A stretch of 64,000 bases of DNA, from contig OZ037835.1 in NCBI GenBank assembly GCA_964035575.1, positions 992,001 to 1,056,000 of the forward strand. The letters are read 5' to 3'. Shown here piece by piece: positions 1-11,967 of the stretch. Each line of letters opens with the position of its first letter. Within the stretch, counting starts at the first letter, position 1. A program made the position numbers and the translations under genes. The stretch is from Rhynchopus sp. YZ270_cl-10. Its lineage: Eukaryota. The notes under the pieces were generated by a model. The model was given only the letters and a program-made list of their open reading frames with translations, was not told the origin of the DNA and ran no database searches.

Positions 1-711
1 TTTGGATTCTTTGGGCCATTTTATGACCTACCACGCCCGATTTTGGGCGATAAAACAAAATTTTGTCAGGTCAAACTCCGTACTTGTGAAAAGAATTGCT
101 AAGGAAATGTGAAATATGCGTGTTTTTGTACACGAAATGTGGGCCCCTGTAGTAATGCATAAGGTGCATAATGCATATGGTTTACACCCAGCTCGTCAAA
201 ACACCCGATTTTTGCGTTTTTTTGCACTTTTTGGTGCCCAAAAACCCAACTCAGGGGTCGAAATTTTCCCGAAAAAAAAATTTTTTTTTTTGAGATTTTT
301 TGATTTTTTGACAAGGCGCTGGCCCATACAAAATGCACTGGTGGTGCAGAAAATGACTGGGGAATTAACTCTAGATGCTCAAAACAGCCCAATTCTTGCT
401 TTTTTTGACTTTTTGGTCCCAGAAGGGGACCTAGGGTGTAGTGAGCAGGCCTCAAAAACACTTGTGAAAAAAAAATTTTGGGATTTTTTTTTTTGAGATT
501 TTTTCAAAAATCGACTTGTTTTTGGTAAAAATCACGAAATTTTGGGTTCGCGGAACCGCGTTTTAGACCCCCCGAGATGCTCAAAAGTGCCAAATTTTGC
601 TTTTAATGGCCTCAAATCGTCGAAATTAGCCCAATATAGGGGCAAAAAAAAAAATTCGAGGGTCTAGGTATGGAGAGCGAGCACCTTAGAAGCGTCGTAG
701 GCAACCCGTGT

Positions 712-811
712 TTTTTGTGTATAAATAGTACCCGGTCAAAATGCCGGTCAAAATGGGGTGCCGGTCAAATTACATACCCTATTTTGACCGGGTACTATTT
801 GTACACAAAAA
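712..811. repeat. Inverted repeat/hairpin (31-bp arms) with internal CCGGTCAAA repeats, probable MITE remnant
   Basis: 712-742 TTTTTGTGTATAAATAGTACCCGGTCAAAAT is the reverse complement of 781-811 with one mismatch. Confidence 0.7.
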
Positions 812-889
812 TACCCGATTTTTTCGGGAATTTTTGACAACACACTGGTTTAGTTACCGGTCAGAACCGGTCAAATTACATACCCCCCA

Positions 890-1219
890 CCGTAAAAATA
901 TTTATTCTGGGCTGTAACTATTCTGAGACAGAAGTATACTGGACCGGAACAAAACTGGAACACTTGGGGTTTTTGGGGGTGTCCCAGTTTTGTTCCGGCC
1001 CAGAACAGTTCTGTTGGGGTAGAATTTTTATCCCCATTCCCACCCCACCCAGGTGCATAGTGCATCTTTGGGCAAAAAAAATTCGTCGCACTCCTCGTTT
1101 TTTTTGACAAGGCACGGATACCCCCCCAAAACAATGCTGGTACGGAACAAAACTGGAACAATCGACGATTTTTTGGGGTGTTCCAGTTTTGTTCCGGCCC
1201 AGAATAAATATTTTTACGG
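890..1219. mobile_element. MITE, Tc1/mariner-pogo-like
   Basis: Perfect 23-bp TIR CCGTAAAAATATTTATTCTGGGC (890-912 / 1197-1219); TA on the right flank (CA on the left); internal GGAACAAAACTGG inverted repeats. Confidence 0.7.
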
Positions 1220-1224
1220 TATAT

Positions 1225-1485
1225 AAAAATGCTCGAGAGACTCGTTCCTCTTTGCTTGTTGCTCAAAAGACTATAAACGGGGGGGGAAAAAGTAAAAGTT
1301 GTTTGTTGTTCGCTTCCTTTTTTTTTTCTTTCTTCTTCGACTTGATTTACGATATGGATGTGTTTGCCTGAAGTACAGAAAGTGTCGTGGAGCACAGGGG
1401 GGAAAAGAGGGGAAACAAGCGGGGAGCGGATACGCCGACGCGCGACTTTTCACGAGGGTCTCGAGCATTTTGTCAAATACTACGT
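1225..1485. repeat. Diverged duplicate of the sequence upstream of HSP70 (52040-52340)
   Basis: Colinear shared motifs, e.g. TTGCTCAAAAGACTATAAACGGGG, GTTGTTTGTTGTTCGCTT, TGTCGTGGAGCACAGGGG, CTCGAGCATTTTGTC. Confidence 0.75.
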
Positions 1486-1926
1486 GTTTACTTTAAAAAA
1501 AAAAACACAAACAACCCCCCACCACAACAGACGAGTCACTTCACCAATAATACCTCACAGCCTCATCTTGGGCAAATGCCCTGTGCAGGAACTAGACAAA
1601 AACTGATGTTCACACACATCACACATAACCCTTTCCCTCACAAAGCCCTGCACAGGAACTATGCAGAACGCATTTCCACATTCCTTTCTTCCTCATCTCC
1701 CTCAGCTCAACAAACAGCTCCAATCACCCGCAGGCCCATGCCGTAGAAGCACGACCCAACGAACCACTACTGCTGCTCTGCGGCAGGACACGTCAGGGAC
1801 AGCAACACATTCGCACCACGTCTGTTCACAAGCATGTCTCCGAGAGTCGACCCACCTGCCGAGCAGTGCTCCTTCGCCACCTGCATGAAGTAGCCTGCCT
1901 CCAGCACTGTCGCCACACCCTGGCCT

Positions 1927-3165
1927 TCACGAACACACACACCCACTGCAGCGTGACTGCGTTGCCACAACAGTTCCTTTAAAGGTAGAACGCAAGGGGA
2001 GCGGACGGGGACGAGGTTGCAGGGCGTCCTGCTCTGACACCTGCATGTTGATGGCAGCAAGGTCGAGCACCGAGATGACATGTATTTTTGAGACAACGAC
2101 CAGCCTGCACCCGTCTGTCGAGGCATGCACAGACCACGTGCCCTCTGCGTCGATGCGTCCCATGGGGGCTCCACTGCGTGCGTCCCACTGCTGCACACTC
2201 CTGGTAGAGGCCGTGAAGAGGTATCGCGAGCACGCACTGAAACAGGCGGCATATATAACGCCATTAATAACCTCTACACTACGCAGTGTGCAGAGCGTCT
2301 GCCCGGATACGATGCCAATGGTGCGGACAGTGCGCTTCTCGCTAGAGCTCAACACTGCGAGGCTTGCGTCAGGCGAAAATATCGGCCGCAACCAGGACGT
2401 CCCGTCGAACGTGTCCACACGGTGCACCTCACGCAGCTCAGGGGTGTCCAGACGGAACACTGCAGAAATTGAGGATCCGTTGCTCAATAACAGGGACTCG
2501 CAGGGTGACACTGCAAAGGAACACCCACATTGAGCAATGGCACGCATCTTCACCCCCTCGCAGGAGTACTGTACGATCTGCTCACTCGTCCCAACCAGCA
2601 CAGCCTCCGTTACCCTCATGGCCACAAGGCTCTGAACCATGCATGCCATACGTACCACAACCTCTGCACCGCTGTCCCGCGGTCTAAAGTGCACAGCAGT
2701 GCTCCGCTCATTCCCCAGTACACCACAGTAGACGATGTGGTGTGGCATGAGAACCACCTTGCACAGACTTCCACCTACGGGAGGGAGAGATGTGACCTCG
2801 GTGGTGACGAGGTTGATGGTGACGGCGTGTTCGCCACCCACTACGAGTGTGTCCTCGCATACGTCTGCGATGCAGCCTCCCACAGTATAGCGCTTCGGCA
2901 CCCACACACCACTGCTGTCCTGCTTCCGTCTGCTCACATGGACAGTCCCGCCTGCGCACAGTGCGGTGTGGGCAATCAGAACCTCCGGTGCCAGCACCTC
3001 ACCATCAGCACCATCCACACACAGCCCCACTGCCTCGGCCGACACCACGCTCTGTGGGTACAACACCGCAACAGCACGCTCCTGCAGATCTGCAGCACTG
3101 CAACCCTCCCCCACCTCTGCAGCACAGCGTTGTCCAGATGTTGTGCATTCAAACCATATCTCCAT
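1927..3165 (-). CDS. Ubl-like N-terminal domain + WD40/beta-propeller protein (412 aa)
   Basis: Long ATG-initiated ORF; propeller-like motifs (AVSPCE, FSPDAS, ACFSACSRYLFTAS..VQQWD, STDGCRL); N-terminal ~80 aa has a beta-grasp-like pattern. Confidence 0.7.
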   Translation of the reverse strand: MEIWFECTTSGQRCAAEVGEGCSAADLQERAVAVLYPQSVVSAEAVGLCVDGADGEVLAPEVLIAHTALCAGGTVHVSRRKQDSSGVWVPKRYTVGGCIADVCEDTLVVGGEHAVTINLVTTEVTSLPPVGGSLCKVVLMPHHIVYCGVLGNERSTAVHFRPRDSGAEVVVRMACMVQSLVAMRVTEAVLVGTSEQIVQYSCEGVKMRAIAQCGCSFAVSPCESLLLSNGSSISAVFRLDTPELREVHRVDTFDGTSWLRPIFSPDASLAVLSSSEKRTVRTIGIVSGQTLCTLRSVEVINGVIYAACFSACSRYLFTASTRSVQQWDARSGAPMGRIDAEGTWSVHASTDGCRLVVVSKIHVISVLDLAAINMQVSEQDALQPRPRPLPLRSTFKGTVVATQSRCSGCVCS

Positions 3166-3577
3166 TGTGTGGTCACTGTCTGAGAGGGGACGGTGGGAGA
3201 AGCAGGGTGTCGGTGTGCTGAGTGGATGGGGAATATAGGGCGAATATCATATTCGCTTTCTAGGTATGCCTAAGGGGGGGGGAGGGTCGGTATATAAAAA
3301 ACGTTGACCACAATGTTCGCTTGTGTCGCCCGACGCTCACCCTCGCTTAATTTAGCGGGCAGCCGACTGGGCAGGCAAAGAGTTGTTTGAAGCATGCTTC
3401 ATACTATGAGGGTAGAGGGAAAGTGGCTTTTTAATAAAGGTTCACATAATAGGGCCGCCTCAGGGTGACCCTGTGTTAAAAAGAAAGCATCCCAGTACAA
3501 CTGAAACACCACCTCCTCCAGTGCCGCTAATACACGCAGGTGGGGGTGGTCGAAGTCACGAGGTACGAGAGCATGCC

Positions 3578-4948
3578 TCAAACCCCAATGGCAACATACA
3601 GTGCATCAATCAACACCTGTGCAGCGTCTGTGTGCTTTTCCTCCACCGCATACTGCAACGCAGTGTAGTTCTTGACAGTGTCGCGGTGATTCAGTTCCAC
3701 CTCTGGCAAGCCCACAAGATAGCGCACAGTCTCGGTGTGTCCACGGCATGCCGCAATGGTAAGACACGTGCGTCCATCATTGTCTCTGACACGCACTCCC
3801 GCACCTGCTCTGACCAACATCTTCACAACCTCAAGTGCTCCTGATTCGCAAGCAGTGTGCAAAGGCGAACGTCCCACGTTGTTCTGTATATCGATGTCTG
3901 CACCTGCATCAATCAGTACCTGCACAACGTCTGTGCATGCTTGGACCACTGCTATGTGCAACGCAGTGAAGTTGCCAACATCTCGGTGATTCACATCCAC
4001 CTCTGGCAAGCCCAAAAGATCGCGAACAATCTCGGTGTGTCCAAATTCTGCCATAACGTGAAGACATGTCCATCCTTGGTCACGTGTGGCACACACTCCC
4101 GCACCTGCTCTGACCAACATCTTCACAACGTCAAGTTCTCCTGATTCACACGCAGAGTGCAGAGGCGACCATCCGTCGTTGTTCTGTGTGTCGATGTCAG
4201 CACCTGCATCAAGCAGCACCTGCACCATGTCTGTTGCCTCCTTCTCCACTGCTAAGTGCAACGCAGTCTCGCTGTGAAGATCTCGGTGGTTCAGTTCCAC
4301 CTCTGGCAAGCCCACAAGATAGCGCACAGTCTCGGTGCGTCTACAACATGCCGCAATGGTAAGACACGTGTGTCCTTGGTCGTCTGTGGCACGCACTCCC
4401 GGCGCTCCTGCTTCAACCAGCATCTTCACAGCGTCAAGTTCCCCTAAAGCACTAGCATGGTGCAGAGGTGTACATCCGTTCTCGTCTTTCGTATGTAAGT
4501 CTGCCCCTGCATCAATCAAGACGCGACACACTGCAGGGTCTTCCCACATGGCCGGACAGACACTCGTTGACTGAATTATGTAGTGCTTAGGCCCGTACCG
4601 GACAAACGCCGAAGTGTTGCAGATGAACTTCCAATGCTGCAAGAGGACCTCCGTGCACGCAACGTGGTCTGCGTGGACACACTCACTCAGCAGGATCCCA
4701 AAGCCCATCTGCGTTGTCTCAACATACGGAAGAAGCAGTGCGAGGCATTCATCGTGGTTCCCTCTGCATGCCTCGTGCGCAGCATCGAAGGCCACTTTTT
4801 CCCTGTCTGGGTTCAACTTCTCAAGGACCGCCCGCACGGCAGTCGTGTCGCCGTTCCTGGCAGCCTCCACCAAGACCTCGTCTGCAGAAAGCTGTCTTCT
4901 CTTTCGTGGGTTCTCGTCCTGCGTGCTGTCTGCGTGTCGCTTCGGCAT
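3578..4948 (-). CDS. Ankyrin-repeat protein with N-terminal bipartite NLS (456 aa), copy 1
   Basis: Repeated GxSPLH/GxTCL/TALH ankyrin motifs; family-conserved start MPKRHADS. Confidence 0.9.
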   Translation of the reverse strand: MPKRHADSTQDENPRKRRQLSADEVLVEAARNGDTTAVRAVLEKLNPDREKVAFDAAHEACRGNHDECLALLLPYVETTQMGFGILLSECVHADHVACTEVLLQHWKFICNTSAFVRYGPKHYIIQSTSVCPAMWEDPAVCRVLIDAGADLHTKDENGCTPLHHASALGELDAVKMLVEAGAPGVRATDDQGHTCLTIAACCRRTETVRYLVGLPEVELNHRDLHSETALHLAVEKEATDMVQVLLDAGADIDTQNNDGWSPLHSACESGELDVVKMLVRAGAGVCATRDQGWTCLHVMAEFGHTEIVRDLLGLPEVDVNHRDVGNFTALHIAVVQACTDVVQVLIDAGADIDIQNNVGRSPLHTACESGALEVVKMLVRAGAGVRVRDNDGRTCLTIAACRGHTETVRYLVGLPEVELNHRDTVKNYTALQYAVEEKHTDAAQVLIDALYVAIGV

Positions 4949-5449
4949 TGTGTCTTTTGTGTGTTGTTGCTGTGTCTTTTGTGTTGGTTTCTTCTGCACT
5001 GCTCAGACGACGAGGACAGGGGAGCACGTGAGACGTAGCAGGAGAAGGCACGCTTCTTGCAAAGGGATAAAGGGTTCCCTGCTATCAGTCTCACATGAAA
5101 CGCAACACGTACATCCGTTCTTTTGAAACGAGCGCCACAAGGCAGTGTTCCCCTGGCCCACTCTTCAACACTCGGCAAACCTGGAGTGCCTCAATACCTC
5201 TACGTAGGAACCATTCAACCAAGATAGCAGTCTGGCCCACGGTATGCTGCACCCTTCCACCCCCCGTACAGCCATGTGGCGCTGTGCTGCTCGCGTAGAG
5301 CAAGGTGCCTGTCTTGAGGTAAGTTGAGGTGCCCGTCTGAGACCGCAACCTGCTTCAGTGCACCACCTTGCCACCTGGAGAGGGTGGGTCAGTGTCAACA
5401 AAACCCGCAGACATCTGTGTCACGCACACTGCCCTGTGGTACCTCCCTC

Positions 5450-5609
5450 CACGACGGGACCCAGTGACAAGTGACAAGTGAAACACATGTCATTTCACTT
5501 GTCATAAATATGACAAATAAGCCACTTGTCATGACAAGTGACTTTCCACTGGGCTGAAGGTAAATCACTTGTCATTTTCACTTGTCACTTGTTACTGGGT
5601 CCCGTCGTG
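5450..5609. mobile_element. 160-bp palindromic MITE, CMC/EnSpm-like
   Basis: TIR CACGACGGGACCCAGT(G/A)ACAAGTGACAAGTGAAA; CAC...GTG termini; 2-bp TSD TC (5448-5449, 5610-5611); internal TGACAAGTG repeats. Confidence 0.8.
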
Positions 5610-6139
5610 TCAGGATGTTGTGCTCCGTCCCCACCAGATCCTCTGTTGCAAAGCCTGGATGTGGACGTCCACGCCTCGAACATCACACATAGTGCGATGT
5701 GAAGTCGGAGAGAGAGAGAGCCCCGCCACAAAACCACCCCATCCCATCCCACCAGCACGCAGACACAGTTATCAAAAACTGACTTTAAAAATACAAAGCC
5801 CTTTCATGACAGTGTACCTTACATGACCCCGTGTACCGGGGTGGACACCCTAACTATGCAGTCCTACGTCGATTTCGTGGTTTACATCTGATACGTTCTA
5901 CTCCGCTTCCTCTCAACAGTCAGATGAACGGGGATCTTGACAGGGACATGAGTACCGCGTCTGTCAAAAGCGAGCAACCCCTATGAAGGCTGTGCAGCCC
6001 ACACAAAGCGATAACGCCGTATCAAGCCCACCTCCACACGTGGCACCTCCCTGTCCAGGGTGCGTTGTGCAGTGCACCAACCAGGGTCGTTCTGTGGTTG
6101 GTACGTCATCCTCGCCTCGAACATTACATGGTGAGAAAC

Positions 6140-6400
6140 CCGCACAGCCTCCACGCTGTCTCCATTTCCCACGCAAGGAGGAATGCCAAAGGTGCTCTCG
6201 TGCTGCAACCACAGACAAGCTGAGGTGCCAGACAAATGCACGAAAGCACCCCAAGGCCGGACACAGCTTCCCCTCTCCCATCATTTCCACAAAACGATGC
6301 AGGGAAGCGCCACACCCAAACCCCCCCACACTCACAACCCTGTGCACCTCCACCACGCCCCTGCCTCCAGCACAGCCTCACTCACCAGAGTTCCTTCCAC
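6140..6400. repeat. Dispersed ~250-bp repeat, 7 copies (also ~20310, 35470, 38490, 48590, 56620, 57445)
   Basis: Near-identical core CACGCAAGGAAGAACGCCAAAGGTGCTCTCGTGCTGCAACCACAGACAAGCTGAGGTGCCAGACAAATGCACGAAAGC. Confidence 0.85.
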
Positions 6401-7142
6401 ACCCCAAGCACCCCAAGCTCAGCAAAGCGCGTCCTCCCCCCTGAGTCCCCCAAGTCACACCATGAAGTGAAAGCACGCAATCAGTGCATCAGAGCACACA
6501 ACGGAAGCCACTCGCCTCCGTCATCACACCTCACACCTCTTCGTGCAAGACAGTGAAAGACCACGTGGTGTCAACGAGTTCAGGAGTGATGAATTACAGA
6601 AAAAAAAGAGGGTTGGGTGGGGAAGTACGTTGTAATGAAAAGGGTGAGCGACAGGTGGGCCTACCGGACACCACAGACCACAACTACAACAAATAACCCA
6701 AAACCCCACAAACAATCAACAACCAACTGATCTCTTTATAAGTGTGACTTGAAACACAACAGCCCTCTCGTGAACAGTGCACCTTGGTACACTCTTACGT
6801 GACAGCTGCACCGGGGTGGACCCAACCATGCAGTCCTACATCCATTTCGTCATTTGCAGCCTGCCGGCACTTCTTCAGCTCGTCGCTCGTGCGCAAGCAT
6901 CCCCCCGCTGCGCTGCACGCATGCAAACGTTGCGGATGTGTGGAGAGAGTGATGAGCACAACAACGTTGACAACAGCAGCATGTGGCAAGCAGCTTGCAG
7001 CACGACACAATACGCACACGTTCATCATTCTTCGTTTGTGGCACACACTCCCGCACCTGCTGACCAACATCTTCACAATGTCATGTGTTCCTTAATTCCT
7101 AGCATCGTGGTGAACATTTTGTGTTGTTTTTCGTGTCCTGCG

Positions 7143-8480
7143 TCAATCAGCATCCATCAGCACCTCCACCACGTCTTCGTACTCTGAAAGCACCGCATAG
7201 TCCAATGCAGTGCAGTAGTGTACAGTGTCTTTGTGATCCAGTTCCACCTCTGGCAAGCTCACAAGATAGCGAACAGTCTCCGTGTGTTTAGAAAGTGCCG
7301 CAAGGATAAGACACGTTCGTCCATTGTTAGTTGTGGCACGCACTCCCGCACCTGCTCTGACCAACATCTTCACAATGTCAAGTGCTCCTGAAGCGCAAGC
7401 AGTGTGCAGAGGTGAACATCCGTAGTTGCTCCTTGTTTCGATGTCTGCACCTGCATCAATCAGCACCTGTACCACGTCTGCTGCCTTCTTCTCCACCGCT
7501 AAGTGCAACGCACTGAAGTTGCGTATAGTCTCTTGGTGGTTCAGTTCCACCTCTGGCAAGCTCACAAGATAGCGCACAGTCTCGGTGCGCCCACAACACG
7601 CCGCAAGCATAAGACACGTCCATCCGTGGTTACTTGTGGCACGCACTCCCGCACCTGCTCTAACCAACATCTTCACAACGTCAAGTTCTCCTGAAGCGCA
7701 AGCAGTCTGGAAAGGTGAACGTCCGTACTTGCGCTTTGCATCGATGTCTGCACCTGCATCAATCAGCACCCGCACCATGTCTGTTGCCTTCTTCTCCACT
7801 GCAGAGTGTAACGCAGTGTCGTTGTTACTGTGATGATTCACATCGACACCTGGCAAGCCCACAAGATAGCGCACAGTCTCCGTGTGTCCACGTTGTGACG
7901 CAAGGTAGAGACACGTCCATCCTTCATTATTTGTGGCACGCACTCTCGCACCTGCTTCAACCAACATCTTCACAACGCCAAGTGCTCCTAAAACGCAAGC
8001 AGTGTGCAGAGGCGAGCATCCGTTCTCGTCTTTCGTATGTAAGTCTGCCCCTGCATCAATCAAGACGCGACACACTGCAGGGTCTGACCACATGGCCGGA
8101 CAGAGACTCGCTGACTGCTTGGACCCATGCCGGACAAACGCCACGTTGTTGCAGACGCACTTCCAATGCTGCAAGAGGACCTCCGTGCACGCAACGTGGT
8201 CTGCGTGGACACACTCACTCAGCAGGATCCCAAAGCCCATCTGCGTTGTCTCAACATACGGAAGAAGCAGTGTGAGGCATTCATCGTGGTTCCCTCTGCA
8301 TGCCTCGTGCGCAGCATCGAAGGCCACTTTTTCCCTGTTTAGGTTTAACTTGTCAAGGACCGCCCGCACGGCAGTCGTGTCGCCGTTCCTGGCAGCCTCC
8401 ACCAAGACCTCGTCTGCAGAAAGCTGTCTTCTCTTTCGTGGGTTCTCGTCCTGCGTGCTGTCTGAGTGTCGCTTCGGCAT
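7143..8480 (-). CDS. Ankyrin-repeat protein, copy 2 (445 aa)
   Basis: Paralog of 3578-4948; intact ORF from MPKRHSDS. Confidence 0.9.
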   Translation of the reverse strand: MPKRHSDSTQDENPRKRRQLSADEVLVEAARNGDTTAVRAVLDKLNLNREKVAFDAAHEACRGNHDECLTLLLPYVETTQMGFGILLSECVHADHVACTEVLLQHWKCVCNNVAFVRHGSKQSASLCPAMWSDPAVCRVLIDAGADLHTKDENGCSPLHTACVLGALGVVKMLVEAGARVRATNNEGWTCLYLASQRGHTETVRYLVGLPGVDVNHHSNNDTALHSAVEKKATDMVRVLIDAGADIDAKRKYGRSPFQTACASGELDVVKMLVRAGAGVRATSNHGWTCLMLAACCGRTETVRYLVSLPEVELNHQETIRNFSALHLAVEKKAADVVQVLIDAGADIETRSNYGCSPLHTACASGALDIVKMLVRAGAGVRATTNNGRTCLILAALSKHTETVRYLVSLPEVELDHKDTVHYCTALDYAVLSEYEDVVEVLMDAD

Positions 8481-9300
8481 TGTGTGTTTGTGTATTGTGT
8501 CTTTTGTGCTGGTTGGCCCACGCTGTCTCCACCCAAGCACCCCAAGCACAGCAAAGTGCGTCCTCCCCCCTGAGTCCCCCCAGTCACACCATGAAGTGAA
8601 AGCACGCCATCAGTGCATCAGAGCACACAACGGAAGCCACTCTCCCGTCATCACACCTCACACCTCTTCGTGCAAGCTACCAAGAAGACAGTGAAAGACC
8701 ACGGTGTCAACGAGTTCAGAGTGATGAACTACAGAAAAAAGAGGGATTGGGTGGGGAGGTACGTTGTAATGAATAAGACATGGGTTTTTGTGGGGATTCT
8801 TTTGCAGCACAGCGTAACATTATTTTGTTTGATTACAGACTACTATCACTAGATAGCAGGCACACTTATATTTCTTCACAGGATCCTTAAAAGAGAGCAA
8901 ATAGAAGGAGTACGCTTTGCAGGAGGTGTCAGAATTCTTTGTACTCATCTTTTGTTCTACTTTATTTAGTTTCGGAGATTTGTTTGTATCTGTAAAAGGC
9001 CTATGTGATGTTGCACAAATATGCCCACAGTCAACCCATTTAGAGTCACCCACGTGAACTTCCTTCAGCAGTGCCTGCAGAAGCTCTCGTGTTGACCTTC
9101 GGGACAAAAGAGTAAACAACTTCATGCATATTGGAGTGGCCAATCCTCCTGTAGCATGGAAAAAGGCAAAATAGAAATAGAGTCATGGACTCTTCTTCTC
9201 CGAACCAGAGGACGCAGCAGACATACTGCCAGAGACCCTCCACCTAGGGGAGGTGCTGCCCTCCCACCAACACACCACATCGTCATTGTGCGTGTCTCCG

Positions 9301-10326
9301 TCACTTCTGGCTTTGCTCGGGGGATTCGTCTCTGCTTCGTTTCGGACGTGCTTCAACCACAAGGCTCCTGAAGCTCCTGTATCTCACTCTGTCCGACACA
9401 ACACTGCTGCAGCCGGAAAGGTAAATGCTCGTCAACGAAGTGCACTTCACAGCAAAATGCCAACCCAAATACGTAACCCTGCTGAGTGGAGATAAATCCA
9501 GGTTCTCTAAACTGCTGCATCCGGAAAGAAAGTAGTCATCAACATGCGTCACGCTGGTGAATGGTGTCAAGTCCAGGGTTGTTAAGCTGTTGCATCCGGA
9601 AAGAAAGCCGCTCTCAATCTCCATCACGTTGCTGAGCGGTGATAAATCGAGGGTCGTTAAGCTCCTGCATCCGGAAAGAAAGTGACTACCTATCTGTGTC
9701 ACGTTGCTACGTGCGTACCAAGCGATGGTGGTTAAGCTGCTGCAATTGTCAAGAAACCAGTTACCAACCTGCGTCACGTTGCTGAGTGGTGACAAATCGA
9801 GGGTCGTTAAGCTGGTGCAGCCCTGAAGGAAGTAATTACCAACCTGCGTAACATTGATCAACCCAGAGAGGTCGACACTTGTCAACGAGGTGCACTCTGC
9901 CAGGAACCTGTTTCCAACGTAAGTCACAATGGACTCAGCACTGAGATCAAGTCTCGTCAACGAAGTGCGTGCCAAGAAGCCATTCGGAATGAGAGTCGCA
10001 ACCTCCGCCTGCAGAAGCAAACACGCCACCTCAGGATCCTCCACACTCTTCAACCTCTCGGCGGTCAGGTCTGTCTCACCCAACGCATGAAGCTCTGCAA
10101 TGGCTTGGTTCTTCTGTGTCTTCGTGAGGATGATTGTGTCACCAGCACTCAGCTGCGTCATGTCCGCTCCTTCTCCCAGCGCTTCGTCTCCGAAACTCAT
10201 GCAAAAGCCGTCTTCAGGCAACCCCATTGCAGACGCCACCTTCCGCCGCAAGCCCTCCACTGTGTCATCTGCACCCACCTCGACTGTGTGCTGATTCGTG
10301 TCGAAACCCTTGATGTTCAGGTCCAT
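9301..10326 (-). CDS. Ubl + 25-aa LRR protein, copy 1 (341 aa, short TGA C-terminus)
   Basis: N-terminal Ubl (MDLNIKGFDTNQHTVEV...GDTIILTK, no di-Gly); LxxLDLSPLSNVTxVGxxFLxxC repeats. Confidence 0.9.
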   Translation of the reverse strand: MDLNIKGFDTNQHTVEVGADDTVEGLRRKVASAMGLPEDGFCMSFGDEALGEGADMTQLSAGDTIILTKTQKNQAIAELHALGETDLTAERLKSVEDPEVACLLLQAEVATLIPNGFLARTSLTRLDLSAESIVTYVGNRFLAECTSLTSVDLSGLINVTQVGNYFLQGCTSLTTLDLSPLSNVTQVGNWFLDNCSSLTTIAWYARSNVTQIGSHFLSGCRSLTTLDLSPLSNVMEIESGFLSGCNSLTTLDLTPFTSVTHVDDYFLSGCSSLENLDLSPLSRVTYLGWHFAVKCTSLTSIYLSGCSSVVSDRVRYRSFRSLVVEARPKRSRDESPEQSQK

Positions 10327-11010
10327 GTCTTTGCTGTGGTTTTGTGTTCTGATCTCTGTGTGTTGTGGTGGGGTGTCGAGGACAACAAGCCTGCAGTCCT
10401 TTTCAAGAACCTTGCCAACAAACTGTGGGAAGACGGGAGTTCATAAGAGCAATATCATCCTCAACACAACGCAACAACGGAACAAACAAGAATGCGATCT
10501 CGAAAGCATTGTATGAGCACACATCATACGCACAACGCCTTCGCTTTGCTGTCACTACATCGAAGGTGCAGGCTGTCCGCACCAGAGCAGTTGATGTGAA
10601 TCTGGGAAAGCTCAAAGGGGAGAGTGATGGGGCATTCACGTCGCACTTCGCAACACCAAGCCCCGAGTACGTCATGCCATCGTGCGGGCACACAAAGCAA
10701 TGTCAAAGTAGTGCCATGCCTCACCCACGGCTGCCCTTCCACAGAAACGACCCATCAGGGTCTTCTGCGGTCACTTAAACCCAACCCCCAAATGGGACAA
10801 TAGGGGAGGTGGGCGGGGAGGACGTTGTAATGAAAAGGGTGGCACTGTTTTCTTTGCGTAGTTCAAAAACTCTCTCTTTTTTAATTATTTAGCCTTTGGT
10901 TGAGACACACCAAAGGTGTCGGTTCTGTGGAATAACTGAACCACCCATATCCTGTATCACATCGTTGATTGTTCTTTCCCTGCGTTGACTGCAAGGAAAG
11001 TTCGCGCACA

Positions 11011-11967
11011 TGGTGTGGCCCGCCCATCGATTTAAACCACTTTTGGGCCATTCTTGGGCCATATATTTTTAGGTGTTTTTTTTTCAACTTTTTTGCCCTT
11101 TATTTGCATTTTTGGGATCCGCCCGTGCAGTGGTGGGGTCGATGTTGAAAATTGAACAATATTTTGACCGCTTAAATTTTGGAAAATATGAGCCCGGTCA
11201 CTAATACTGGTGGGGCCCATTTTCGGACAAAAAATCTCCCCAAAATCTGGATATTGACCTTTTGTGGGCGACAAGACGGTTCTGTGTGAGGTTAACTCCA
11301 TTTTTGGTGGTTGTTTTGCATCCCTCACACCTGATAGACCTCTTGTTGGATCGACGCACTGGTGAGTACTTGACGGTTACTTCGTCTCCTTTCCTCTTAT
11401 CCGCCCTTTTGGTGGGGGATTATTAAAGCAGTCGGCTAGGGAATTGTTCGTTCTCTCTCGGGGAGTGGTGGGTGTGGGCGGTGACGTTTCCGTTCTGATC
11501 GGTGGGGAGATTGTTCAGCGCCTTGGGCCGGGATTTCTGCTTATTTTTGGTTGCTTGTATCTTGTCAAATATCGGGAATAAAGTGACCAGTTGGACCAAC
11601 TGTGGCACAACAGTTAACGGGCTCAACCCGATTCTTCTGCCACGGCGCCTTATTCCCTCCGAGGTGAACTGTCTGGCTCCTTGAAGCCAAGGAGGCCTCA
11701 CGGTCAATCGGTTTCCCCCTTAAGGTATCCCTTCCCAGGAAAACCCGATTTTGGCCGCCGTGTAGTGAATTATTCCTAAACGAAAGGTTAGGACGACCCC
11801 AAATTTCCCCTCCAGTCACTATGCAGAGGTGCCTCAATGTCAGACCTAGCGTGAAAACCACCCCCAAAAAAACACCGGATAACAAATTAAAAAAGGGACC
11901 CCCCATCGATATAAACCACTTTTGGGCCATTTTTGGGACATCCAAAACCGCAAAACGGGCCACACCA
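11011..11967. mobile_element. Non-autonomous TIR DNA transposon (~957 bp)
   Basis: 12-bp TIR TGGTGTGGCCCG / CGGGCCACACCA; absent from the paralogous site at ~29340; subterminal direct repeat CCCATCGAT.TAAACCACTTTTGGGCCATT at ~11023 and ~11902; TSD degenerate. Confidence 0.8.
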
